A stretch of DNA of 64,000 nucleotides, taken from a virus (Duplodnaviria; Caudoviricetes). Both the position numbers and the translations under genes were made by a program. Of this stretch, positions 10,110 through 19,088 are shown one piece after another. A model generated the notes under the pieces. That model was not told the origin of the DNA, did not search any database, and was given only the letters and a program-made list of their open reading frames with translations. Position 1 is the stretch's first letter. Each line of letters begins with the position of its first letter. The stretch spans positions 1-64,000 of IMG/VR virus record IMGVR_UViG_3300010365_001171; one strand, given 5' to 3'.

Positions 10110-10121
10110 AAAAAATTTACA

Positions 10122-10430
10122 ATGTTTACTACAAATAAAGAAATACTATTTAAAGAATTAGCAAAAGAAGAAAAAGATAAGTTTTATAATGCCTCTAAAA
10201 CCGTTGCTGGTTTAAAACATATTAATATGTTAAAAAATCGCAAAGCAGAGGAGCTATTAAATAAAGAACTATTAAGACTTTTTCCAAAAAGCAAAGCAGT
10301 TAAGGCAGTAGTAAAAGAAAATATAGTAGATAAAGCTTATTTATTTAAGTCAAATACTACTTCTTTGGCAGATTTAAGACTTTATAAATATGATTTATAT
10401 ATTACCTTAAAAAAAGCCGGATTATTTTAA
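10122..10430 (+). CDS. hypothetical protein
   Basis: 102-aa ORF. Confidence 0.65.
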   Translation: MFTTNKEILFKELAKEEKDKFYNASKTVAGLKHINMLKNRKAEELLNKELLRLFPKSKAVKAVVKENIVDKAYLFKSNTTSLADLRLYKYDLYITLKKAGLF

Positions 10431-10798
10431 AAAAATATTGTGTAGTAGAAAATTGTAATTATCCAATATTCGCAAAAAAGTATTGCAGATTTCATCAATA
10501 TTTTAGAAAAGATATTAAGAAAACTATCAATAAAAAAAGCGAAAAAAGAAGTGTCGAAGATATTAAATACAGCCGTCTTAGAAAAGTATTTTTAAATGAT
10601 AACCAGAACTGTGTGGCACAATTAGAAAATTGCGCAGGCATAGTTAGTGATGTTCATCATAAAAAAGGCAGGGGTATATATTATTTAGACACCGATACGT
10701 GGATAGCAGTTTGTAGAAATTGTCACGACATTATCACAAAAGACTCTAATTTAGCAATTAATTTAAACCTCAGTGAAAAACGAAATGGTAAGATTTAA
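10424..10798 (+). CDS. HNH endonuclease with N-terminal Cys/His zinc finger (start uncertain)
   Basis: Frame is open from 10394: KKYCVVENCNYPIFAKKYCRFH...NCVAQLENC...DVHHKKGRG...WIAVCRNCH; no ATG upstream of the tracked 10613 start. Confidence 0.7.
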   Translation: MLKKYCVVENCNYPIFAKKYCRFHQYFRKDIKKTINKKSEKRSVEDIKYSRLRKVFLNDNQNCVAQLENCAGIVSDVHHKKGRGIYYLDTDTWIAVCRNCHDIITKDSNLAINLNLSEKRNGKI

Positions 10799-10997
10799 AA
10801 TTGATGAAAAAGTAAATTTTTCAAAAGTAGGTACTATAGAAGCAATTAATAAATTAAAACTTAGTTTATTAAAAGTAGGTGATAATCTTACAATAAAAAT
10901 TGGAGAAAACGTAGTTCCAGTAACATTTAAATATATACTTGGAGATGCCGTGATATTTAAGACTTTAAGAATGAAATTGTCAGAGTTTACAATCTAA
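10773..10997 (+). CDS. hypothetical protein
   Basis: 74-aa ORF. Confidence 0.5.
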   Translation: MKNEMVRFKIDEKVNFSKVGTIEAINKLKLSLLKVGDNLTIKIGENVVPVTFKYILGDAVIFKTLRMKLSEFTI

Positions 10998-11000
10998 ACT

Positions 11001-11411
11001 ATGAAAACAGAACTGTATGCCAGAAAACTTAATAATGAATTAATTTTTTCTGATTTAAATGCTTTAAATAACTTTTTAAGTAAAGTAGAAGATAAAGATG
11101 AGATACATTTAAAGATTACAACTGTAAAAGATTCAAAAAGTTTAAAACAACTAAGACTATTATATCGAATATACGGTATAATAGCAGATTATACTGGGGA
11201 CTCTGTTCACAGCACACATTTATATTTAAAAGAAAAGTTTCTTCCCCCAGAAATAATAGAAGTAAGAGATTTAATGATAGTTGAATGCCAAACATTAAGC
11301 ACCATATCTAAAAAAGACATGGTGCTTTACATAACTAAAGTTATAGATTGGGCTCAACTTGAACTTAATCTTACTGTTGTTGCTCAGGAAGATTGGGATC
11401 TTTTAAAATAG
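11001..11411 (+). CDS. NinB/Orf-like recombination protein
   Basis: S..Q..L.Y..Y..IA..TG....H.YLK.KF...S.I...DM..YI..V..W pattern. Confidence 0.65.
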   Translation: MKTELYARKLNNELIFSDLNALNNFLSKVEDKDEIHLKITTVKDSKSLKQLRLLYRIYGIIADYTGDSVHSTHLYLKEKFLPPEIIEVRDLMIVECQTLSTISKKDMVLYITKVIDWAQLELNLTVVAQEDWDLLK

Positions 11412-11655
11412 TATCGGTATCTAGTTCTTGTTCTACTAAAATTCCGTCTGCTTTAATTTTTTCAGCCGCGTCTCTAAGTAAAACAATAATAGGCTCAAGA
11501 ATTTGTTGATATTCTTTTTTATCCTTTTGGAAAATTTTAAAAAGCTCCTCTGGAGCCATTAGATAAAGACAAGAAGCTTGAAACGCAATATACCATCCAC
11601 CACTAACTTGTGGTAAATCGAATACTAAATCATGTGGAATTGTTTGTATTTTCAT
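11371..11655 (-). CDS. hypothetical protein, isolated on the minus strand
   Basis: 94-aa ORF with its own promoter at 11673-11704. Confidence 0.7.
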   Translation of the reverse strand: MKIQTIPHDLVFDLPQVSGGWYIAFQASCLYLMAPEELFKIFQKDKKEYQQILEPIIVLLRDAAEKIKADGILVEQELDTDTILKDPNLPEQQQ

Positions 11656-11672
11656 ATAAATATTAATTTCTA

Positions 11673-11704
11673 CAAAGATACGAATAATATTTCTTATTTA
11701 CAAG
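11673..11704 (-). promoter_or_regulatory. Bacteroidota-type promoter CTTG-N20-TATCTTTG
   Basis: CAAAGATA 11673-11680 and CAAG 11701-11704 on the plus strand. Confidence 0.75.
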
Positions 11705-11863
11705 GCTTTTCCGCAATATTTTGTAATTTTAAATATTTTGCCAAATTTAATTTAGTATTAAAAACACCTTTAAACTTACCTTTTTTTAACTGAGACTTTA
11801 ATAGAGATTTTAAATCGCTTAGCTTAGACATAATGTATCATTTATTAAAAGATAAAGAAATTT

Positions 11864-12400
11864 GTGGACATAAACAAATTTTACAAGGATTTTAACAATT
11901 TAAAAAATAAAGATATTTCTCCTAACGGAATATATCTATTGTCATCTATTCTAAATTCAACTGTAGCAAATGAATTAATAAATATTAATTTAGAGTTACG
12001 TAAACTAGAATCTTACGGATATTTAGACAACGAGAAAAAACTAACAGAAAAATCAGAAGAGTTACTAAACATAACTCCTAAAGGAATGACTTATCTAACA
12101 TTTTTAAATACTTATAGAGAATTATTCCCTAAAGGTAAAATATTTGGTTATTACAAACGAGATAGTCTACCAGATCTTAGAGACAGATTTAATAAGTTTT
12201 TAAAAAGATATGATTATTCTTATGATTTAATGTTACAGGCAACAGAGAGATACATCAAAGAAGAGCTTAATAATAGTAATTGGCAATACTTAAAAAGCTC
12301 TGCTTTTGTAATTGAGAAGAAGGGGGAGCCTTCCCTATTAGCGAAACTGTGCGAAGAATTTTATAACACTGAGTCTAATATTGTGGACTTTACAGACTAA
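11864..12400 (+). CDS. replication-associated protein upstream of the helicase
   Basis: Position, winged-helix-like N-terminus and F...YP/Y.K.S..I..K...S.L C-terminal pattern; function inferred. Confidence 0.5.
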   Translation: MDINKFYKDFNNLKNKDISPNGIYLLSSILNSTVANELININLELRKLESYGYLDNEKKLTEKSEELLNITPKGMTYLTFLNTYRELFPKGKIFGYYKRDSLPDLRDRFNKFLKRYDYSYDLMLQATERYIKEELNNSNWQYLKSSAFVIEKKGEPSLLAKLCEEFYNTESNIVDFTD

Positions 12401-12403
12401 GTT

Positions 12404-13234
12404 ATGGGAATTATTCAAGAAACGTTAGAACTAATAAGGGAAAACCAAAATAAAGAGTTTAATTCAATACCTTTTAGATCCGCTTGTTTAGAGGAGAATT
12501 TAAATGGTATAAATCAAGGTACATATTTTTTATGTGGCGGTTATTCCGGGAGTGGAAAAACTACCTTGGCAGATGATTTATTTTTATTTTCAGTTTTTGA
12601 TTGGTTGAAAAAATTTAATTTTGGAAAGCAGCGTGCAACGTGGTTTTATTATTCTTTCGAGATAAATAAACATATTAAAATGGCAAAGGCTGCCTCAAGA
12701 AGAATTTTTCATCAGCATGGACTTCAGATGAATGTAAATTATATTTTGTCAAGGGGGCTAAAAAATAGAATATCAGATGAAGATTACGCATTAGTAAAGA
12801 CTAATTTAGAGTATTATGAGGAAATGGAAGATTTTTTACACATTTATGATGAGCCAACAAACCCTTATCAAATTAAAAATGATGTGTATAAATTCTGCAC
12901 TGATCCAAGTTTTGCTAATGTTGAGTATGAAACTTTCGAAGCAGAAGGTAAAGAAAAGCAAAGAATAAAGAAGTACAAGAAAAAAGATCCAAACCATTTT
13001 GTATTTGTAATTATTGACCATGCGTCATTAGTTAAAACTACGTCCGGTTCAAAAGTCAAGGAGGCTATGGATAAAATGAGTGCTGATTTAGTATATTTAA
13101 GAAACAAATTCGATGTAATACCTGTTGTTATACAGCAAGTAGGGACAGGAGCAATTAATAGAAAATCACAATTAACAAATATGATTGATATAGGGCCAGA
13201 AGATTTTAGTGATTCCTCTTACCCCTATCGAGAT
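12404..13234 (+). CDS. dnaB: DnaB-like replicative helicase, exon 1
   Basis: Walker A GGYSGSGKT, YSFEI, IIDH, VIQQ; exon ends at ...PYRD (U13234). Confidence 0.85.
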
Positions 13235-13251
13235 TTTACACGGTAAGGATA

Positions 13252-13283
13252 TTTGGTGAGTATAAAATTATTTCGTATCTTTG
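13252..13283 (+). promoter_or_regulatory. intron-internal promoter TTTG-N20-TATCTTTG for the endonuclease
   Basis: Exact Bacteroidota consensus ending 5 nt before ATG 13288. Confidence 0.8.
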
Positions 13284-13287
13284 TAAT

Positions 13288-14193
13288 ATGAAAGATATAA
13301 ATAAAAAAGAAGTAATTGCCAAATTACACAGTGAAGGTAAAAATGACAGTGAAATAGCTAAAATTTTAAATATTGATAGCACTTTAGTAATTTACTATAG
13401 AAAAAAGCTAGGATTAAAAAGTAATTTTTCTTATTCTAGTAAATTAGATAAAGTTAAAGAAGTATTAATAAAATTAGTAAATGAGGGGTACAGCGATTAC
13501 AGGTTAGAGCAAATATTTAATATAAACTATAACACTATATTTAATTATAGAAAAAAGTACGGTATATTAAAAGAAGATCTAAGACCTAATAAAGCAATAG
13601 AATTAACTCAATTTCAAAAAGAAGTGTTATTAGGAACATTATTAGGGGATGGTTCGATGCGTTTTGGTAAAGACCAGAAGTCTCCTTTAGTAATAATAGA
13701 ACACGGGAAAAAACAAAGGCCTTATGTTAAGCATAAATCAGAGGTTTTTGCCTCTTTAAATGCAAATTATAAGGAGTATAAAAGAAAAACTGTCGACGAA
13801 AGGACAGGTATTTTTTATGAATCTGGGGTATGTTTTATTCCAAGTAACCCTGAGTTTGTTCCTATTTATCATTCTTTTTATAAGGATAAAATTAAAAAAA
13901 TACCCTTTGATTTATTAAATAATTTTACAGCTGTTTCATTAGCCTATTTATTTATGGATGATGGTTCAAAAGCAAAAAGTGGTTATAATATTGCTTTAAA
14001 TGCTTTTAATATAGAAGAATTAACTAAATTTAGTTCTTTCTTATTATTAAAATTTAATATACAAAGCTCTGTGAATACTACAGGTACTTTGTACATAAAA
14101 GCAGAAAGTAAGGACCTATTTAAAAGTTTAGTACTACCATATATGCATGATACCTTACTTTATAAATTACATTACAGTCTCGTAACTTCGTGA
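13288..14193 (+). CDS. intron-encoded LAGLIDADG homing endonuclease with N-terminal HTH repeats
   Basis: LLGTLLGDGS and LAYLFMDDGS motifs. Confidence 0.9.
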   Translation: MKDINKKEVIAKLHSEGKNDSEIAKILNIDSTLVIYYRKKLGLKSNFSYSSKLDKVKEVLIKLVNEGYSDYRLEQIFNINYNTIFNYRKKYGILKEDLRPNKAIELTQFQKEVLLGTLLGDGSMRFGKDQKSPLVIIEHGKKQRPYVKHKSEVFASLNANYKEYKRKTVDERTGIFYESGVCFIPSNPEFVPIYHSFYKDKIKKIPFDLLNNFTAVSLAYLFMDDGSKAKSGYNIALNAFNIEELTKFSSFLLLKFNIQSSVNTTGTLYIKAESKDLFKSLVLPYMHDTLLYKLHYSLVTS

Positions 14194-14437
14194 ATCTGGG
14201 AAAATCTTGAAGAAGACAACCCTAATCCAACCCTTATAGAAATATAAGAATTAGGATCAACGACTAGTCAATACGGTCTTAACAGGTGGAGCTGAAGAGT
14301 ATGAATGGCCACGAGTGCGGAGCAATGTCTTATATATTCCAATATTTAAAGGACATTGAAGAGATAGTCTAACCTGTATATATAACAAAATAAAATACAG
14401 ATGTAGTGGATAAAGAGCCATTACGATAATATAAGTG

Positions 14438-14689
14438 TGTAATATTGCGTTAACATTAATTGCCCCTTTTATGTTTGACATTAAAGAATATAGAAAGTAT
14501 CAGGTTTCCAAAGCCTTTCGATATATGAAATGTATAAAGAATAGAGATGGAAATACTTATTTTGGGAAAGGTTTGTACTTGAATGGTATTTCAGGTACGG
14601 TAGAGGAGCTTCCAGCTCCAGAATTGATATCTATGGCAGACTACAACGATATAAAGAATTTTAAATACATGAAAAAAAACTTATTATGA
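14438..14689 (+). CDS. dnaB: DnaB-like helicase, exon 2
   Basis: CNIALTLIAP...IKNRDG (K.R.G motif). Confidence 0.85.
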   Translation, partial: CNIALTLIAPFMFDIKEYRKYQVSKAFRYMKCIKNRDGNTYFGKGLYLNGISGTVEELPAPELISMADYNDIKNFKYMKKNLL

Positions 14690-15405
14690 GTACTGATTTA
14701 TTTAGTAAAGCGGAAAAACATTTACTTTATTTAAAATGCTTAATTGATGGCCCGTCAAATGCGGGAAAAACATTAAGTGCGCTTAAATTAGCGCAAGGAT
14801 TAGTTAAAGAAGGTGGAAAAATTGCAGTTATAGACACAGAAGGAGGAAAATCAGCTCTTTATGCAGATACTTATACTTTTTATATGGCGAAAATGCAAAA
14901 ACCATTTTTACCTGAAAAGTATATAAAAGCTATAGAATCTTGTGTAGCATCTGGTTATGAGGTTTTAATCATAGACGGACTTTCACAAGAATGGGCAACA
15001 CTCTTAGATGAAAAAGAAAAAGTTCAAGGAGCAAATTCATTTACTGCTTGGGCAAAAATAACACCTAGACATCAGGCGTTTTTAGACACTATAATACAAA
15101 GTGACATACATATTGTTTGTACAGTACGTAGTAAACAAGATTTTGTACTAGAGGATTTAAACGGTAAAAAAGTCCCTGTAAAAAAAGGGCTCGCACCTAT
15201 TACGAGAGAAGGTGTAGAATATGAATTTGATATACAATTTAGTGTTGACCAAGATCATAACGCACGTATAACAAAAAATAGGTTAAATTCTGATGGAAAA
15301 AGTGAGGTGTTTAATGATGAATTTTATGAGATTTTAAATGAGAATCACGGAAAAGAATTGAGAAAGTTTTTAGAAAACTTAGAATCATTTAAAATACAAA
15401 AATAA
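14686..15405 (+). CDS. AAA-family ATPase (Sak4-like ssDNA annealing/recombinase)
   Basis: GPSNAGKT, IDTEGG, IIDGLS, EYEFD motifs. Confidence 0.85.
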   Translation: MSTDLFSKAEKHLLYLKCLIDGPSNAGKTLSALKLAQGLVKEGGKIAVIDTEGGKSALYADTYTFYMAKMQKPFLPEKYIKAIESCVASGYEVLIIDGLSQEWATLLDEKEKVQGANSFTAWAKITPRHQAFLDTIIQSDIHIVCTVRSKQDFVLEDLNGKKVPVKKGLAPITREGVEYEFDIQFSVDQDHNARITKNRLNSDGKSEVFNDEFYEILNENHGKELRKFLENLESFKIQK

Positions 15406-15415
15406 ACGACAAAAC

Positions 15416-15994
15416 ATGTTCAATACAAAAAACGCACAGGCCCCAGTAGCTATTTCTCCTTATATGGAATTAGGAGATCAATTTGCAACAATTAAATCAA
15501 TTGAGTTAAAAGAGGCAAGATCCGGTTCAAAGCAAGTAATTTTTCAAATGGAGACTGATCCCGTAGAGGTTGCTGGCTTCAAACCTGTAGATGATGCAAA
15601 AGGAAAAGTAGGAAGAGTACAGGCTTCTATTTATTTAAAAGATGATTCAGCTAAAATGGCATGGGTTACTGAAAGAGTTCTTCCTATTGCAATTGAATTA
15701 GGAGTTAGAGAACAGATGGATGCTATTGAAAAACCAACATTTGAAGAATACGTAGTTGAAGTAGAAAAATTACTTAAAGACAAAAGACTTAAATGGTTAA
15801 TTGGTGGGGAAGAGTACGTTAATCAAAATGGGGATGTTCGTATTAAATTAAGATTGCCACGATACAACTTTATAGGTGATACAGTAAAACCATTTGATAA
15901 AACAGATAAGTACCACTATAGTCCTTATGTAGCTCAAGGAGCTTATATGGGTTCAGGGGCAGGCGCTGCTGCTGCTGATGATTTACCTTTTTAA
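15416..15994 (+). CDS. single-stranded DNA-binding protein (putative)
   Basis: Follows the Sak4-like gene; C-terminal AAAADDLPF tail. Confidence 0.7.
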   Translation: MFNTKNAQAPVAISPYMELGDQFATIKSIELKEARSGSKQVIFQMETDPVEVAGFKPVDDAKGKVGRVQASIYLKDDSAKMAWVTERVLPIAIELGVREQMDAIEKPTFEEYVVEVEKLLKDKRLKWLIGGEEYVNQNGDVRIKLRLPRYNFIGDTVKPFDKTDKYHYSPYVAQGAYMGSGAGAAAADDLPF

Positions 15995-16005
15995 AACACT
16001 AACAC

Positions 16006-16959
16006 TTGTTTACGACTAAAAATAAAATTACCAGTATAAAGGATATTCCAGATTCTTGGATATATAAAAATTATTTAAACTTAGATATTGCGAACTTACC
16101 TACAAAGATAAGTTCTCCTTTTAGAATAGATGATAATGCCTCTTTTGGTTTTTTTACAGTTGAAAACGGAAGTGTTTTATGGAAAGATTTAAGAACAAGA
16201 GAAAGTGGTAATGCGCTTTCTCTTGCCTTAAAATTTATTTTACTTAAAAATCCGGGTTTAACTAAAGAGGAAACAATAAAAAAACTTAGGGAAGATTTCG
16301 CTGAAAATAAAAACTCTATTGAAATTTTACCGGCTTTTGCTGCTCCTTTAAAAAAGAAACTTTTTAAGATAAAAGAAGTAAAAAGACACTGGAATAAAAG
16401 TGATAAAGAATTTTGGGAGCAGTTTAAAATCACATTAAATGATTTAAATTTAGCTAACGTTATTCCACTTTACGAATACTTAATGACAGTAAATGAAAAA
16501 TCTTTTGTAATAAAAAATACAGCTCTTTATGGTTATTATACTAAGAAAGGTGAGCTTTATAAAATATATCAACCTTTAAATAAAGATCAAAAGTTTATAA
16601 CTGTAAATGCTTCTATAATTGAAGGTGAAGGTTTTGAACGGGGCTTTAAATATAGAGGGTTACTTTCAAGTAAAAAAGATATTTTAAGTTTTAACAAACT
16701 TGAGTTATATATAGATAGTTATGCGCCAAATTCTGAAACTACTTATTTAACAAAAGAAGAAATAAAAAGATTAAAACTAAATTTTACATGTTTAGACAAT
16801 GACCCCGCAGGTATAGAAGCAATGTTATATTATAAAGAAAATTATAACATACCATTTGTATATTTAAATTATGAGAAAGATGTAAGTGACGCTATTAAAA
16901 AATATGGCGTTAGTTTTATTAAAGAAATAATTGTGCCAAAAATAAATAATATTATATAA
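16006..16959 (+). CDS. DNA primase (TOPRIM), crAss-like
   Basis: SPFRIDDNASF, SSKKD, PNSET, LDNDPAG, KDVSDA motifs. Confidence 0.85.
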   Translation: MFTTKNKITSIKDIPDSWIYKNYLNLDIANLPTKISSPFRIDDNASFGFFTVENGSVLWKDLRTRESGNALSLALKFILLKNPGLTKEETIKKLREDFAENKNSIEILPAFAAPLKKKLFKIKEVKRHWNKSDKEFWEQFKITLNDLNLANVIPLYEYLMTVNEKSFVIKNTALYGYYTKKGELYKIYQPLNKDQKFITVNASIIEGEGFERGFKYRGLLSSKKDILSFNKLELYIDSYAPNSETTYLTKEEIKRLKLNFTCLDNDPAGIEAMLYYKENYNIPFVYLNYEKDVSDAIKKYGVSFIKEIIVPKINNII

Positions 16960-16962
16960 AAA

Positions 16963-17736
16963 ATGATAGTAGAATTTAAACCGTATAAAAATTTAGCTGA
17001 AATAGCAGGAAGTTTTATACAATGGAGTTTTGTTAAACAAGACAAGGAAAAAGTTTGGCGAGCATTACATTCGCCCTTTGTATGTAAAGATTTTATTCAA
17101 GATATGTTTTGGGCTGAAATAATGGGAAAAACATATGACTTATATGGGTTTACTTATAGAAATGAGTTACAACCTATATTAAAGGATAGTTTTTATACTG
17201 TAGCTATTAAAGAGCAAAGTAGTGAAAATCATAGCGGACCATTTAATGATTTAGACGTAAAAGAAGAAAATCTATTAAAATTTTTAAATGGATTTTCTAT
17301 ATTAACTAAATTATACTTTAAAAAAATACAAACAAGTGTTTCAGATGACAAAAAAACTCTTGTAATTAGAATTAGTAAAGACGTATTTTCACACCCTGTT
17401 ATTATAAGCTTATTTACATTTTTAGTAAGAATTGGTTTAAAATACAAAGGAAGTGTTTCACCAGAAGAATTCTTAGAAAAAGGTGAACTTTTTGGTAATG
17501 ACGCTGGTTACAGAAGTGCCGCTATTTTTGTTTTAAAAGAAATTAAATCAAAAAAATTTATTAGTTCGTTTAAAGATTTTTCCAGTATTAACAAGATTCA
17601 TAATAATTCAGGTATTGTAGCTTGTCTTAAAGACCCTGCAAAATTTTTTAATCAGAAAGCAGTACCAGCTTATGAAGGAATGACTTATAAATTTGAGTCG
17701 CAAGAGGAATTAGTTCAATTTTTACAGACTTTGTAA
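16963..17736 (+). CDS. hypothetical protein heading the amidoligase operon
   Basis: CKDFIQD motif; first gene of the tightly packed cluster. Confidence 0.55.
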   Translation: MIVEFKPYKNLAEIAGSFIQWSFVKQDKEKVWRALHSPFVCKDFIQDMFWAEIMGKTYDLYGFTYRNELQPILKDSFYTVAIKEQSSENHSGPFNDLDVKEENLLKFLNGFSILTKLYFKKIQTSVSDDKKTLVIRISKDVFSHPVIISLFTFLVRIGLKYKGSVSPEEFLEKGELFGNDAGYRSAAIFVLKEIKSKKFISSFKDFSSINKIHNNSGIVACLKDPAKFFNQKAVPAYEGMTYKFESQEELVQFLQTL

Positions 17737-17757
17737 TAAAAATTTAATTTAAAAACA

Positions 17758-18126
17758 ATGGAAACAAATAAAAAGTTAGTTTTAACCTACGGGAGTTTAA
17801 GAGTAGGTGAGTATAACCATGACTCTTTTAAACGACAGTACAAAGAAGGTTACAAATACGTAAAAAGTCTTGAATTAGATGGTTACGATCTTTATTCTTT
17901 AGGCTCATATCCAGGAATTAAAGAAGGCAGCGGAAAGTTAAAAGTAGATTTATTTGAATGTTCTAAAGAATGTTATATGAGTATTAGAGGCATGGAACTA
18001 GGTGCAGGGTACTCTGAAAAAGTAATTGAATTAGAAGAAGGTGGTGCAGTATTATATTTATACGATCATTCAGTGAAACAAGATAGAATTGTAGAAGACG
18101 GAGATTGGGTAAACAGAAATAAATAA
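17758..18126 (+). CDS. gamma-glutamylcyclotransferase (AIG2-like)
   Basis: TYGSLRVGEYN, LYSLGSYPG, GDW motifs. Confidence 0.9.
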   Translation: METNKKLVLTYGSLRVGEYNHDSFKRQYKEGYKYVKSLELDGYDLYSLGSYPGIKEGSGKLKVDLFECSKECYMSIRGMELGAGYSEKVIELEEGGAVLYLYDHSVKQDRIVEDGDWVNRNK

Positions 18127-18131
18127 ACAAA

Positions 18132-19073
18132 ATGCCAGAAAACAAATTAAATATCTTAGTAGCAAGACACGGAAGACCGTCTCAAAAAAAAGTGTTTGAA
18201 AAAACAGAAAATTCTGAACTAATCATTAGATCAGCAATTTTCGAAGGCTTTGTCCACAGAAAAAATCCAGAAAATTTAAAATTAAGAAAAAAAGTTAAAA
18301 ATCTAAATTTAAAAATTGATTCCGGTATTTTAATTCGTTGGGGATGTACATCAAATGCCGATACATCAAATTGTATAGTGTATAACAAAGCTAACGCTAT
18401 TAAGTTGGCAAATGATAAGCTTGCTGCTAGAAAGGCCCTAGAAGCGGCTAATATAGCTATTCCAAAAACTTATTCTTTTTCAGATATTCAAAGTAATTCG
18501 TCTAATGTAGTTTGGCCTGTAATAGGCCGCCCTAAACAACATGGGCAAGGAAAAGAATTTCATATTTGTAATAATATACAAGAAGTTCAAAATAGTAGAA
18601 ATAATAAAAACTGTGTTTACTGGTCAGAAGTTTACCATAAAACCAGGGAGTTCAGGGTACATTGTATGCATGGTAAAATTGCCTCTATATTACAAAAGCC
18701 CTCACCCACAAACCCTGAATCACACGCTTGGAACTTTCACCAGCAACATCTTGCATTTCAAAATATTCCTCACAGTGATTGGAAAAATTATATTTGTAAA
18801 ACAGCTCTAGCAGCAGTTGAAGCATTGGGATTAAATTGGGGGGGCGTAGACGTGATGGTATGTGATAACTATCAAGAATTAAACGTACCTAGAATAGTAG
18901 TATGTGAAGTAAACACTGCTCCTACATTAACGTCTTCTGAATTTACTATGTCAAAGTATCTTAAATACTTTGAATGGTTAAGAAGACAACCCACAAGACG
19001 TGAACATTGGGATTGGAAATCTTATACAAGCCCAAAGTCTCATGCTTGGTTAGAAAGTCATTTTGAAAACTAA
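18132..19073 (+). CDS. ATP-grasp peptide ligase (RimK-like)
   Basis: DKLAAR, REFRVH, GGVDV, EVNTAP motifs. Confidence 0.85.
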   Translation: MPENKLNILVARHGRPSQKKVFEKTENSELIIRSAIFEGFVHRKNPENLKLRKKVKNLNLKIDSGILIRWGCTSNADTSNCIVYNKANAIKLANDKLAARKALEAANIAIPKTYSFSDIQSNSSNVVWPVIGRPKQHGQGKEFHICNNIQEVQNSRNNKNCVYWSEVYHKTREFRVHCMHGKIASILQKPSPTNPESHAWNFHQQHLAFQNIPHSDWKNYICKTALAAVEALGLNWGGVDVMVCDNYQELNVPRIVVCEVNTAPTLTSSEFTMSKYLKYFEWLRRQPTRREHWDWKSYTSPKSHAWLESHFEN

Positions 19074-19088
19074 AATTAAAAAAATAAT

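Larger units (their letters stand above)
13235..14437 (+). mobile_element. group I intron in the helicase gene (endonuclease ORF in loop L1)
   Basis: IGS ATTACAGTCTCG (14171-14182) pairs exon-1 CGAGAT (U.G at the splice site, P1) and exon-2 TGTAAT (P10); core AACGACTAG and GAGATAGTCT; terminal G14437; spliced YRD|CNIAL; 360-aa product. Confidence 0.92.

Noticed and set aside
14257-14481. Minus-strand ORF over the helicase intron core
   Set aside because: It coincides with ribozyme P7-P9 and the exon 2 start; no protein features.
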